Part shown: positions 38,715 through 52,413 of the stretch, in pieces
Position numbering within the stretch: the first letter of the stretch is position 1
Layout: every line of letters starts with the position of its first letter
NCBI RefSeq assembly: GCF_002105155.1
Contig: NW_019028979.1
Span: 1,426,001-1,490,000, forward strand
Direction of reading: 5' to 3'
DNA from: Lobosporangium transversale
Taxonomy: Eukaryota
Length of the DNA: 64,000 bases
Made by a program: the position numbers and the translations under genes
Notes under the pieces: generated by a model
What the model was told of the DNA's origin: nothing
Database searches by the model: none
What the model saw: only the letters and a program-made list of their open reading frames with translations

Positions 38715-39224
38715 AAAAAAGATGAATATACCTTGTCCTGCACTTGGAAGCATCTTATGGCAAGCTACAACATCAAAAAGATGATAACATTGGTATCAAT
38801 AGGTCTGTTGTATATCAATCTTCCTCCATATCATATGTCATTTTCCTTTCTATCATTCTCTTTACCGTCGCCAATCAAAGCAATGCGTCCATGGTTCCAT
38901 GTCTCAAACAGTTTTTCTTCAAGATACACATTCGAGATCAAATCTCTGGGAGTAGCTTCGATGAGGTCGCCCATCGTGCCCCCAAAAGGCGTCAAGTGAT
39001 GAGCGAACGGTGCGATCGTGGCATCGATTGACTCTGGTCTCCATTCCGAGTTACGGAATGCTGTTTCTTTCTGCTCAGCTGTTAATTGAATACTAATTCC
39101 ATAGCAGATTCGATTCCCCGGAACAGATATGATAGTCCACTGAGAGATGTAATATGAGGAAAGGGTATTGTAAGGAAAAGAGCAAAAATACAATACAATA
39201 AAAAAACTTTGCCTCTCATTTCTC

Positions 39225-39259
<35 letters not shown>

Positions 39260-39950
39260 CTTTCTTACTGAATATGGTTTTTGATCAGCGATGACAACCG
39301 AAAAATGTGCAAAGTCATCCTTGAGAACTGGATACTTCTCCGGGTCCAAGGGTACAGTCGTCCCTACCAAGCAGGTATAACCCACCTCTAATGACTCTGT
39401 ATCGCTCTTGGGCAATAGCCGTTCCTTCTGTAGACGTTCATATAGACTCTGTCTCACAGCACTGTAGGCTCCATCGGCTCCAATAACAATATCGGACTCA
39501 TGAGTAGTACCATCCGCAAAGCGAACGATTGTCCCATGCTGACTTTGACCGACCGATAGTACCTTTTTACCATAATGGACCCTCTCTGGTGGTATCCTCG
39601 ATAACAGGAGATTATGGACCTGTGGGCGGCTGAAGAACTGTGTATTATAACCAATGCTTGAATTTAGTTGAAGAATAAAGAAAGAAGGAAAAAATAAATG
39701 AATGGAAAGAAACCTCCGATTTCAGTCTGTCGACGAGATAGCCCAGATGAGAAAGCCTAATTTAACTTATGTTCACCTTAGCCATACCTGTCCAAGTGTC
39801 CTCCAATGTTCATTCTGCTGATCCGGGTCATGTCTTCCTTGAAGATATCCATGCCTGTACCAGGATATGAAATCTTGCGCAATTCATCAAACAATTCTAA
39901 TTGTTCGAACACTGGAAGTATGTTGGCTCCCAGAGACATTCCAGCGCCTG

Positions 39951-39990
<40 letters not shown>

Positions 39991-40168
39991 ATTAACGACA
40001 ATAGCAGAAACGGCTCGGATCTGTTCACTCACCATATGGCTTCAGAGAATTCGAACGCTCAAAGATATCGTATTCGATACCGATTTTTTCTAGCAAGACA
40101 CCGAGCATTAGGCCTCCGAGCCCTGCTCCGACAATAGTTACTCTGAGTGTGCTGTCGTGTTCACTCAT
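38189..40168 (-). CDS. FAD-dependent monooxygenase (FAD_binding_3, group A flavoprotein), copy 1
   Basis: IVGAGLGGL, IGADGAYSAVRQ, RIALIGD/ACHKMLPSAGQGAINAMQDAVV after splicing. Confidence 0.9.
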
Positions 40169-40603
40169 AGCAGACGTTGGGTACAGTTCTATTTCTTTTT
40201 TTTTTCTTTTTTTCCTTTTTTTGGAAGCGAGGTTTGACAGGCAAGCAATAAGAAAGGAAGAGCGAAAGGAAGAGCGAAAGGAAGTGGAGTAGAATATAAA
40301 AAGCTGGACAAAAAAGAAAGCAATAAAAGGTGGGGCCCTGATAGCTTTCAAAATTAATCTCGTTATCTAATTTAGTGATTTTATTGATTGTGCACAGCAC
40401 CATTTCACTTGCAGCATGCATCGATACCAAACATCCGCTCGTGTTGCACAAATAAATTTCTCTGCGCCCGTTGAAAAAGAAAAAAGAAGGAATGCATGCA
40501 TCTGTTGGCTTTTGGACTGAGTTATGCCTGTAATTTATTATTATGTGATCAATACTGGAACTACAAACGGTATATGTATACTACAGAGCAATTTTGGAGT
40601 GAC

Positions 40604-42589
40604 TTAAGCAGCCTGTGGGGTGCTTTCCTTCAACTTCTGCTCCTCTTGATACCTTCTAGAAGGCTTTTGAGGGACAGGCATAAGAGTACCCCTCCTAGGA
40701 ACACGAGGTAAGAATGTCGCCTGGATTTGATATGCCTCGGTTCTCGTAAGGTTGATCTCTTCAAGCCATTTGGGCATCCAGTTCAGCACAGCTTTGCGCA
40801 ACAACCTCTCATACCAGGTTTGTCCATACAAAAGCTTTCCTGCTTGAGAAGAGTCTCCAACTGACATCTTGGCATATTCATAGCGTTGTCCTCTGTAGTC
40901 ATTCAAAGCGTCCTCCACTTCCTTACGCGACGTGTTTCTCAAATCGTAGATACAGTTAGCCAAGATCACAGCATCTTGGATGGCATTGATGGCACCTTTA
41001 AAAAAAAAAAAAAAAAGCTTAGTAAGTTAACCTTTTTTTATAGCTTTGTAAGAGAATCAGAATCAAGTAATGAACAGTTGTAAATACCTTGACCAGCACT
41101 AGGAAGCATTTTGTGGCATGCTATTTCTCAAAAAAATTTCATGGAAAAGTAAATGATGAATAAGGCACTATTTCCACACTTTAGGCTTTTTTTTTTTTTT
41201 TTTTTTTTCTCAGCTCATGCTTCAGCTAGCCTTACCATCTCCTAAGAGTCCGATACGGCCATGATGCCAGGTCTCGAACAGCTTCTCCTCCAGATAGACG
41301 TTAGAGATTAGATCTTGAGGAGTGGCCTTGATGATATCCCCCAATGTGCCTCCGAAAGGAATCTTATGTTCCACGAGCTTAGCGATCGTTGCATCCACCG
41401 ATTGAGATCCCCATTCAGAGTTCTTGCATGCAATCTCTCGTTCCTCATTTGAAAGCTGAATGACAATGCCATAGCATATTCTGTTTCCAGGAACATTCAA
41501 GATTGTGCACTAAATTCAACCAATAAAGCAAGCTCAGTATAAATGTAAGGTTCAAATCTTAAAAGGAATGGTCTCATTCACAAAAGAAAACCCGTTTTTC
41601 CTTGTGCGAACTGAGCCCACGAGCCACTGTTATAACCCCATTCTCCATGAATATTCCCATTAACCCTTCGCTTATCAAAACCTAATGATAAAAAGCAAAT
41701 GGGGTTCACCATACCGAATGAGGCTTCTTATCCGCAATGACAACTGAGAAATGTGTGTGACGATCCTTGAGGTCTGGGTACTTTTCAGGGTCCAGAGGAC
41801 GGGTTGTGCCAACCAAGCAAGTATAACCCAAGCTCATGGACTCTGTATCGCTCTTGGGCAACTTGCCTTCCTTTTGAAGGGTATCGTACAAACTTTGACG
41901 GACAGTGCTGTAAGCACCATCCGCTCCGATCAAAATATCTCCTTCATATTGAGTGCCATCTGTACAATGCAAGATCGCACGATGCTCATCCTGTTCTACA
42001 GAAGCTGCCTTCTTGCCATAAATAATCCTCTCCGCTGGCACCTTAGACAAAAGCAGACGATAAAGATCTGGTCTGCTGTATGCTACAGCATCATAACCGG
42101 TACTATACAAAAACAAAAAACAGAAAAAAAAAAGTCAATACAATTGCCTATTATTGCTTTCCCTATAGTAATATGTTTTTTGTTTGTTATTATCCATGAA
42201 ATTTGTTACCGTTCACGGCTTCCTGCGATATCCATGGAGCCAATCAAGTCCAAGTTCTCGTTGAGAACATCCATCTTTAATGCAGGTGATGATAACTCAA
42301 GGAGCTCGTCCAACATTCCAAGCTGCTCAAAGAGTGGCATGATTGGGGTTCCAAAGCCCATAGCCGCACCTTTGTGGCGAAAGAATGACATTAAGAAAAA
42401 GAAATTAGTTCCATGTGGCAGTCACTCTCTTTCCTCAATGTCTCTTTTGTATTAGAGCATACCAAATGGCTTCACAATAGGGGCACGCTCAAAAATTGTG
42501 TATTCGGCACCCATCTTCTCCAGCAAATGTCCGAGCATGAGACCACCGAGGCCGGCGCCTACAATCAAGATTTTTGGGGATGAACTCAT
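40604..42589 (-). CDS. FAD-dependent monooxygenase, copy 2
   Basis: IVGAGLGGL, IGADGAYSTVRQ, RIGLLGD...HKMLPSAGQG. Same exon layout as copy 1. Confidence 0.9.
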
Positions 42590-43525
42590 TGCTATGATTG
42601 TGGTTATTAATTGGGAAAATTTGAGGGTTGTAAAAATGAAAGCGTAGAAAATGAAAAGTGGAAGGAAGTGAAGGAAAAAAAAAAAAAAAAAAAAAAAAAG
42701 CGGAATAAAAAAATGGGTGAAGGAAGGAAAAAAAAAAAAAAAAAAAAAAAAAAGAGAGAATTAACTAAAAGTGAGAGCAGCGATGTTGGACGGGAAGTGA
42801 AAAAACTTGCTTCTGAGTCCTCACCAGAAAGTGGTCGACAAATATACTTTTAATATACTATTTTTGAATCAAAAACGATGATTAAATTGTATATTTATAT
42901 TTATACACATTTGTCAATGACTTTCTCTATCAGTATGACAGCAATTAAGGTATAGCAAATGGACACAAAGACCATGCGTGTGTCAAGCATCAAGGTGACA
43001 AAAATGTTTTTTACTTCCTTCACTTATCGAAGCCACCTGAGAATTGATCATCAAGTTCGCATACTGAATTCATTTCAACTCAAACACTGATTCTTGAGAT
43101 GCTATCGTTTTAAAAAGAATCGAAAGTATTAGAATACACAAGGCATTGAACGATTTGAATTCTTTTCGCCAAAAAATATCAGATGGTGAAGAGCTGTTCA
43201 ACCTCTAAAACATCATAGTGTTTTACTTTTGTTAACTTTTTACATTCGGATTAGCATGTTAGTGTTCAATACACCATAAGTTTATTTTTGTGAGCATTGG
43301 TGGTGCTCCATCTTGTTCTTGTTGATCCACATGCGAGTGAGCATTGCAAATATTTTTACCGCCTGCAGTTGACAATTAGTCTATTAAAGGGTCTACATGG
43401 AATATCATACATGTACATGTACATGTATGCCTTTTGTTCATGGAGCAATTAAGCAGTAGTTGAACCATTCTGTACATGTGCATTTGCTCCCCCTGTTTTT
43501 TATTGTTTATTTTTTTTTTCTCTCT

Positions 43526-43984
43526 TTATATCGTATGCGTGTCAAGATCTTCACTTGCTGCTCTCCTGTCGTTGACCTCATTCATCTCAGTCTCGATCCC
43601 CTCAGCTGCACCTTTACGTCTTTGCTCTTCTAAATACTTTTTGGATGGTTTTGGGGGCTTAATGTTAAGTCGGCCTCGTTTCTTTGTAAAAGGCAGGAAG
43701 ACTGCCTGAGGTTGATAGGCGGCCGCTCGGGTAAGAGTGGTCTTCTCTAACCAATTGGGCATCCAACTAAAGACCATTTTACGTCCGAATTTCTCAATCC
43801 ATGTCTGGCCATAGAGAAGTTTGCCTGCCATTGCAGAGCCTTCAACCTGCATCTTCGCAAGAGGATAGCGCTGCCTTTTATAGTCCTTGAGAGCTGCCTC
43901 AATCTGCGATTGAGAGTTATCATTCATCTCATAAATACAGTTGGCTAGAGCCACTGCATCATACAATGCGTTGACCGCACCTAA

Positions 43985-44019
<35 letters not shown>

Positions 44020-45498
44020 GAGAGAGAGGATTGTGAAATTAGTGTGTATGCTACTGAAAATACATATGAATGTTAATGACTAAATAAAACTAAAATGTCA
44101 TTCGCTGGAGGAAGGGTTTGTCCGTGTCCTCAATTGTCTGTGTCCACACAAACAGATATTTACCTTGACCTGCACTCGGAAGCATCTTGTGGCAAGCTGT
44201 AAAATCGTGTAACAAAAACTAAAATTAGGGTTTTACACACATGCTCTGTCTTTTTTTTACTTTTTCGTCGCCATCATCAATATCAGAAATATGAATGTAA
44301 AACGTAGATAAAAAAAAAAAAAGAAAATCATACCATCTCCCAATAATGCAATGCGCTTATAAGTCCATGTTTCGAAGATTTTTTCTTCTAGATAAACATT
44401 CGTAATGACATCTTTTGGAGTTGCACGGATAATGTCATGGATTGTTCCACCAAAAGGGATCGGGTGATCTTGTATTTTAGCAATTGTATTATCGAGAGAC
44501 TCTGGTCCCCATTCCGAGTTTCGAAATACTGCTTCCTTCTCCTCTGGAGTCAACTGAATGACAATTCCGAAGCATATGCGATTACCCGGAACTGTAAGAA
44601 TGGTAGACTTGGTGGATACAAAAAAAAAAAAATTCAGTTACGGAACAAGGTTAGCATAGGAAAACATATTGCTGAGGCCAGGTTCAGGCACAATTGCATT
44701 TAAATCTTATATTAAAATTTTAAAATAAAAAAGAATTAAATACAAAAATAAAAATACTTCAGAAGACCCTAACAAGGGAAATCCCACAAAGTAGTAAAGA
44801 GAAGAAAGAGCGCAAGAGAGAAAGAAAGTACTTCTTACCGAATGGGGCTTTCCGTCTGCAATGACGACTCCAAAGTGCGAGAAAGGATCCTTGAGGACAG
44901 GGTATTTTTCTGGGTCCATTGGTTGAGATGTTCCTACTAAGCAAGTATACCCCAAGCTCAGGGATTCTGTATCTTTTCTCGGTAGTTTACCCTCTTTTTC
45001 TAATCGGTCGTAGAGATTTTGACGAACAGCGCTGTAGGCTCCATCAGCCCCAACGACAATATCGCCTTGATGAACACTGCCATCAGCACAACGAATCAAT
45101 GCACCATGCTCGCTTTGCCCTACTGAGAGTACTCGCTTGCCCAAATGGATTCTCCCTGGTGGAGTCTTGGAAACAAGTAGTCTATGGAGGTCTGGACGAC
45201 TGAACACAATGGAATCATAACCAATGCTGTGAATGATTAAAAGGAAACAGAGCAGTATTTGATTTTCTGATCAGTACACGACCTTAAAAATTGGTTTCTC
45301 TCATTCTCGTATTGAAGGAGACATCATTTACAGCTCACTGCTTCCGCCAATATCCAATGAGCCAATTATTCTTAGGTCTTCTCGGTAGATATCCATGGTG
45401 ACAGCAGGGAATGAGACCTTGAGGATCTCTTCGAGCAGCCCAAGCTGTTCAAATACAGGCATAATATTAGGCACCAGTCCCATGGCCGCACCTGCAGT

Positions 45499-45531
<33 letters not shown>

Positions 45532-45760
45532 TTCGGTATTCAAGCAGCCGGACAAAACGTTTATCATCCTCGCCTCATTAAAGCACAATAGAAAGGTTTG
45601 TACGGTTGATAGAAAACTAACCATACGGTTTGAGAATGGGAGCACGTTCAAAAATATCGTATGGGATGCCAATCTTTTCTAACAACAGACCCAGCATGAG
45701 TCCTCCTAAGCCTGCTCCCACGATCAGCACCCGTGGTGGAGTTGGTTCTGTATTGTCCAT
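43526..45760 (-). CDS. FAD-dependent monooxygenase, copy 3
   Basis: IVGAGLGGL, VGADGAYSAVRQ, RIALLGD...HKMLPSAGQG. Same exon layout. Confidence 0.9.
43986..44018. repeat. (AAT)n microsatellite in an intron of monooxygenase copy 3
   Basis: About 11 tandem AAT units. Confidence 0.8.
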
Positions 45761-46322
45761 GATTTATTATTAGGGGTATGGAAGCTGTGAAATAATAATA
45801 GCAATAAATATATCAATAGTAATAATAAAGGGTATCAAAATGGAGAAATGGAGGAGTGAAGAAATGGAAATGGAGGAGTGAAGGAATGGGGAAGGATATG
45901 TCTAAAAAAAAATACAGAGGTGTATGCAAAGTCCTTAGAAAGAAATGTGTGTGAGAGAGAGAAGGGAGAAGAAGGGAGACGGTTGTGAGAGAAAGAACAA
46001 ACGACTGATAGAGTTGGGGATGTTTATGAAAGAAAGGGGGTGTAAAGGGAGAGTCAAGAATGAGAGGATCTAAGCATGAACCAATAGCCGTTATAAACGT
46101 CAAAGTTGTTGCTTTTAATAGGAATATGAATAATATAATATAGATATACGTTTGTGTTTATTTATTTGGATACAAATTTGCACCACTGATTATTAAATAC
46201 TTTTAAAAAAAAGCCTAACGGTCTGTTCTACAAACATTTTTTTTTTTTTTTCAATTGAAAAGATCCATGGTTGTACAAAAATGGTCCGCACAAAGAACAA
46301 GACAGCTACGTCGCAAATCTCT

Positions 46323-46357
<35 letters not shown>

Positions 46358-47173
46358 ATGTGCCCCTTTTCTTAAAGTGTCCTAACCCTGTCTCCGACCT
46401 TTTTATGCCGATGGAAATAAGAGCATTTTGGGCTCCTTCTTTTACTTTCCAGAGTTTTTTTTATGAAGTGCATTGCTTAGTAAAATAATCTTTTTGTCAC
46501 GAGGCTTACAGCTCTCATTATGCCCTAACGTGTAAAAATATATTAAAATAGAGATTGAGTTTTACAACTTACATCCTGAAACTTGATGGACTTCGTTGAC
46601 AAAAGAGCTACCGCTCATTATCTAAATAAGACCCATGAGGGATCGTACTTGTACGGTTACAGCAGCCCAAAGCTTTAAGGCAGTATATAAAGTGTATACG
46701 ACAATAACTATCACGAGCAACGTCAATAAGGTGTTTCACGAGGCTGTTTGCCAACTTTAAATGTAGGCGCTTCTTATGAATTCATTTTCATACCCAGAAA
46801 CAAAATCGTCTAACTGCTGAAATCACTTGCTAGCTTCAATTGCTCATGAGACTGAGTGGATTAAAGGGACAGTACGTTTTCTCAATGCAGTTATATAGAT
46901 TCGTTACATAATTGAGTGGCTTTTGTATATTGTAGAACGTTCACTGACAGGCTGTGTCCAAACTCTTGTCCCAGCCAATATTTCCCAGCCTGTCTGGTGA
47001 CGAGCCTATAGGACAGAGCCCGATCTCAATAAAATGTTATTGACGATCTAATTTCCTCGATGACCTGACAATTAGGAACGATATAGATTCATGTTATAGA
47101 GTTATGACGGGTTGGGGACCTATCTTCTCAATGATTATTAATGTGTGTAGCTTTTATCAATTTTGCATATAAA

Positions 47174-47212
<39 letters not shown>

Positions 47213-47290
47213 TATTTTGTTTGGTGAGTAAGCAAAGTTGATCACTGTCTTTGTTAACTGCTCCTTCTGTTATTTTATCTTCTCACTTCC

Positions 47291-48565
47291 TCACTGCTTG
47301 CCTCCGACACCCTGGTAAGGATAGAAACCCTTTCCAGACTTGCGGCCTAAGTGGCCTTGGGCAACCAAATCATCAAGGAGTTTGACAGGCGCAACCAAAT
47401 TGGCGTCAATCTTACCATCCTTACGCCAGCCGTCAACAATGAACTTCATGGTATCCAAACCGACAAACTATACAGCGCATATAAAAAAAGAGTATGAGTA
47501 AAAGAAAACCAACTTTTAAAATAAATTAATAGGATATGATATAGATCAACATACGTCAGCAAGCTCAAAGGGGCCCATGGGGAATCCAGCTCCAAGCTTC
47601 ATGGCAATGTCAACATCTTGAGGAGTGGCTTCACCACGTTCGACAATGCGAAGCGATTCCATCATGTAGGGAACCAAGAGACGATTAACAATGAATCTAA
47701 AAGATATCAAAATATCAGGGTGAGTAAATCGTTCGAAAAATCAGAGCCCTTAATCTGTGTGAAAATCTTCACATGCTGATCTACTCTAGCAGTCGCTTTT
47801 TTTCTGATTGACCATACTCATGTGGAAGTCAGAAAGGTGTCCCTTTTTCTTTTTTGCGATTAGTACCATCACTTACCCAGGAGTGTCCTTGCAAGAAACA
47901 GGGGTCTTCTTCATGCGATTGCAGACATCCACGAGAGAGTCAAATGAATCTTGGCTGGTAGACTCTGTACGGATTACTTCGACAAGCTTCATCTGAGGGA
48001 CAGGGTTAAAGAAATGCAATCCTCCAAAGCGATCTGATCTCTTTGTAGCCTTGGCAATATCTGCGATGGGCAGCGAAGAGGTATTGGAACAGAACAGAGT
48101 GTGCTCAGGTGCAACCTTGTCCAACATGGCAAACAGCTGTTGCTTGGTCTTCAGGTTTTCAACAATAGCCTCAATGATCAGATCTGCGTCCTTGGAGGCA
48201 GCCTCAGAATCAGTGCTGGTCTTGATCTGAGCCAAAGTCTTGTCAATGTACTCCTTCTGCTTCTCTGCATCATCGGGGAATTGTTTCTTGGCAACACGTT
48301 TGAGTGAGGAGTTGATGATGTCCTGACCTTTCTTGAGCGCTTCGGTGTTCAAGTCAACCATGGTGACATTGAAGGCATTCTGGGCGGCAACTTGGACAAT
48401 ACCTGCACCCATCAATCCCGAACCAAAAACAGTGATATTTTTGACGTTGATGGGAGCATAAGACGAAGATGAGGTCGAGAATGCAGAAGTTTTGGTCAAA
48501 GAGGTAAGTGGTCTCATGAGACCAACAGGGTTAGAAGAGGCAACGCGACGAACAGCAGAGAGCAT
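47291..48565 (-). CDS. HADH: Mitochondrial 3-hydroxyacyl-CoA dehydrogenase (HADH/3-hydroxybutyryl-CoA DH family)
   Basis: Arg/Ser-rich presequence, [64 protein letters not shown]. Two introns. Confidence 0.92.
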
Positions 48566-49176
48566 AGTGAACAATGGGAATGAACAAAAAATATTTGTTA
48601 ATTGAAGGAGAGTTAATGGAGGCAAGGCAGAGAGAAAGGAAAGAAGAAAAGAAGAGGAACGCGTGCAGAGTAATGAAAACCTGAATTGACATCCACGGAC
48701 ACTCTCAACGGAGCGAGTTCCCACAGGCTAGAGAAGGAAACAAGGTTTCGCGCATATTCTCATATCACGTGCCAGTTACCCTGCTCACCTGTTCGTTTTA
48801 TTCGGGCTGTGCAACCAAACACAGAAGGGCTTTGCAGTGAGAAATGGAAGTTTGATAGCATACTTTTTTTTTTTTTTTTGTTTCTTGAACAGTTTGAACA
48901 GACACATTCTTTCTTCTCATTCGCAATTTTTTTTTTTTTTTTTTTTTTCTTTCTTTCATTGATTTTGATTACTGCCAGTTTTCTCCTACGCAAACACGTC
49001 CACGGCGCAAAAACAAGGAGCATACCGTTCGTCATCCTGTAAACATCAATTATTATATCATCATCAACCTAAAAGGCCCTGATTTATCTCTTTCCCTCCC
49101 CTCCCTTCTCTCCTCTTCCAACATTCAATCCACTACCCCCAGACGCCTCTCCATCTCACTCCAGAGACTTCGGAGT

Positions 49177-51689
49177 ATGAGTGAACAATACAGCTACTCT
49201 CATATCAAAGACGACGATCAACCAATAAAGCCACCGAAAATGCTTCACCAAAGCATTCACTCTGCCAGTAGCAATAGCAATATTAACAGAAATAGCAATA
49301 ATGGCAGTGTTGTAGATGACTCAGGTGCTGCTTCAGGACCTGCAGTTATCATCTCAGACCTGCCAGCGTACGGCACCGCTTCTGGGAGCAATGGCTTGCC
49401 ACTCACAAACGAATCACCTACTGAACTGCGTCCAGAGGATAGTAGTAGAGATAGAAATCAAACAGCCAAGGTATCACCCTCATCGCCCACAGGCACGGAT
49501 GTCACTCGAACTACTTCGTTTCCTGACAGCCTCAGTCGCTTCAGGAGAGCAACACAGCAGATTGTACACGCTCGTCGCGTCGCTTGTAAGTAACTTTTGT
49601 TCTTAATCTATAAACAAATATTTCTTGTTCAATCCATTACAACCTGAAAGCAATAAGACCTGCCCAATTGAATGACTTTTCGTTTCAATGATTGGATCAG
49701 CACGTGCGACGAGAGGTCAAGGTGTTGATGTTTCGGACATGGATAGCATATTCAACTGTATTGAGGTATGTTCAGTAAAGCCCTTGTTTGCCATTTTTCA
49801 TTTTTAAACTTTAATAACCTTTGAGGCTATTTCGATTAGTGTGTGGTTGATGTCACTGTTATGGATTTGAACCAATCTCAGTATACGAAGCGTGAAAGCA
49901 TGAACAATGAAGAGTTTTTAGAATGGCTACGACAACCAGTAAGTAGAACACTCGCTACGTATTAATAGCAATTCTAATCATATAATGAGGCTGGGATAAT
50001 AACAAAATACCTTTATACACCGTTAGAGGCCAGCATGGTCAAAAGTTCGATGGATCAATATTAATGGAATGAGTTGGGATGTCATCAAAGCCATCTCAAT
50101 AAAATACAGTACGTCTGATAGAGCTTTTTTTCTTTTTTTCCTTTCTTTCTTTTATTCATATTTTTATACTTACACTTCAATATGCTAACCTTGAGCAAAA
50201 AAAAAAAAAAAAAAAAAAAAACAGATCTTCATCATTTGGCTGTAGAAGACCTATTACATGTTCCACAACGAACCAAAGTTGATATCTATCCTCAGCAAAC
50301 ATATATCGCCTGTACTCTTTTGACGTTGATGCAGGAACTTGAAAATGGAGAACTCCGACAGGTTGATCCGACATCAGTACAACATGGGGTAGATCCTGAT
50401 ATTTTAGGTCAACGCATGCCACTGGATAAGTTGGACCATTACCGTCATCAGTATCCGTTCGACCAAGTTACTGGAGCTCACAGAGTTCAGATGGAGCAAG
50501 TCACAATGTTTTTATTGCAGGACGGTACTCTGATCACGCTTTTCCAAGTCTCTGGCAGATCTGTGGTGGCGCCAATTTTCGAACGACTGACCCATGACTA
50601 TTCGATCGTACGCAAAAATAATGATGCAAGTTTCCTATTGCAGTCAGTCATGGACGGGATTGTTGATCATGCTATACCCATCACAGATGCATTTCGACAA
50701 GAGATCAACGAGTTGGAAACACATGTATTAGCGTTACCAAGGATGAAGTTTACGAAAGAACTACACCAGATGACTGCACAACTTTCGTTGCTCAAGCGTA
50801 CATTAGCACCCACTCAGACACTTGTCCACGCTTTGCGTGGCAAGGATGAGAGAAGCCCATTATCAAGTCTATCGAGGACGTATATGGGAGATGTAATGGA
50901 TCACTGTAACACCATGGTCGAGGATATTGATTCTATGCTTGCGCTTTGCGAGAAATTAATCGACATGGTAATGGAACAATGCGAGACAAGGATAAATCAA
51001 AGTTGTATTGACGAGAGGAGTGATATGCTAACTTTTTTTTTTTTTTTTTTTTTTTTAAAAGATCTTTAACATTATCGCATATGATACAAACGAATCCATG
51101 CGACGTTTGGCATTGGTGTCGATTATCTTCTTACCCATCACATTTGTGGCAGGAGGTAAAAAAAAAAGAAGTTTTGCAGCATAATGTTGTAATATTGTGG
51201 CTTAAAAAGAGAAATGATACTAACTTTCTCTTTTGGTCAAATCGGTCAAATCAGTCTACGGCACAAACTTTGAAAACTTCCCTGAACTAAAAAATCGTAA
51301 GCACGCTCGAACATGGCATATGCAACGTTGCCGATTTTAAATGAATACCATTTGAATGTTAACCTCTTTTCTTTGTCGACCAATACAGACGTTTCATATT
51401 TCTGGACTATCTGCGCCGTTGTCACAGCTTTTGTAGTAAGGAAGCGTTAATTATCAAACATGAGCTGCGTAGCCCATCATTTTGTAATCATAGTAATATG
51501 TTCATGGTGACGCTGATTAACACATTTCCACGACATTTTCTTTCACTTACAAAAAAGCTGTTATTATTTGGAGCGGAATATCTCATGGGGCAGTATCGGG
51601 CATCCCAGGTGGAGAGGCGACTTTCTCGACGAGAGCCTATCAGTATTGGTTCTAATCATTCTCGCAAGAGTCATGAATGGTGCATGTAA
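49177..51689 (+). CDS. CorA/Alr1-family divalent cation transporter with variant GTN signature
   Basis: RPAWSKVRWININGMSWD, HHLAVEDLL, DASFLLQSVMDGIVD, TNESMRRLALVSIIFLPITFVAGVYGTNF across about nine exons. Confidence 0.88.
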
Positions 51690-51964
51690 CTTTGCTCAAG
51701 AAGAAAAGGACAGCATGCTGCGTGAAATCCTTCAATAAAGTTAGACCTCATGTGATATAGCTCGCCGCATAAAAAGCACGCTTTCTTTTTTTTCCCCTTT
51801 CTTTTTTTTTTTCTTCCATTTTTAAAATAAAACTTCGTTAACGCAGCTTACATTTTCATCATCTTGAGCTTCATTACTATTATTTTGTTCACATATTTCC
51901 TTGCTCGTGTCCTTTTTATTTTATTTTCTGATCAAATCGACACAATCAGATAGCTATCACCAAC

Positions 51965-52413
51965 ATGGTCTCCATGATGGACAAATACAGGGTAAGTATG
52001 ATAGGATAGAAAAGGAGATCTTTTGAAGGAAAGACACTCTACTGAAACGATTGAGAGAAACACAGATAAAAAGAAAAAGAAGTTTACTTAATTTTGACGC
52101 GCTTCTGTTGTTCTTTTATTCTCTAGGCTTTGCCACAAAAGTCCAAGAACTACATTCAGCTTGGTATGGTTGCAACGAACCTTAATCTATTAAATTTTTG
52201 TTGTATTTTATGCCTTTTTCTGCCCAGAGAAACTTTATCATAACTTTGTCTCTTTGGTATGTCGTAAAAAAAAAAAAAAAAAAAAAAGGTGTTTTGGCAG
52301 GAGCGGTGATAGGACTCTACTATCGAGAAAATATTATGGACAAGATGGACTCCTCAAAGCGAAGAGGCTCAGGCCATGATGCATACCTCGATACAGTCAG
52401 ACGCGCCAAGTAG
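51965..52413 (+). CDS. Uncharacterised 62-aa single-TM microprotein (3 exons)
   Basis: Exons 51965-51991, 52127-52163 and 52289-52413 with canonical GTAAGT/GTATGG donors splice in frame to MVSMMDKYRALPQKSKNYIQLGVLAGAVIGLYYRENIMDKMDSSKRRGSGHDAYLDTVRRAK*. Confidence 0.7.

Noticed and set aside
43406..43429. 24-bp perfect palindrome CATACATGTACATGTACATGTATG
   Set aside because: Automatic result of a self-complementary (CATGTA)n microsatellite.
5825..51689. Ion-transport 'cluster' (UNC-79-like, MscS-like, CorA)
   Set aside because: The genes are spread over 45 kb among unrelated housekeeping genes, with no evidence of linkage.
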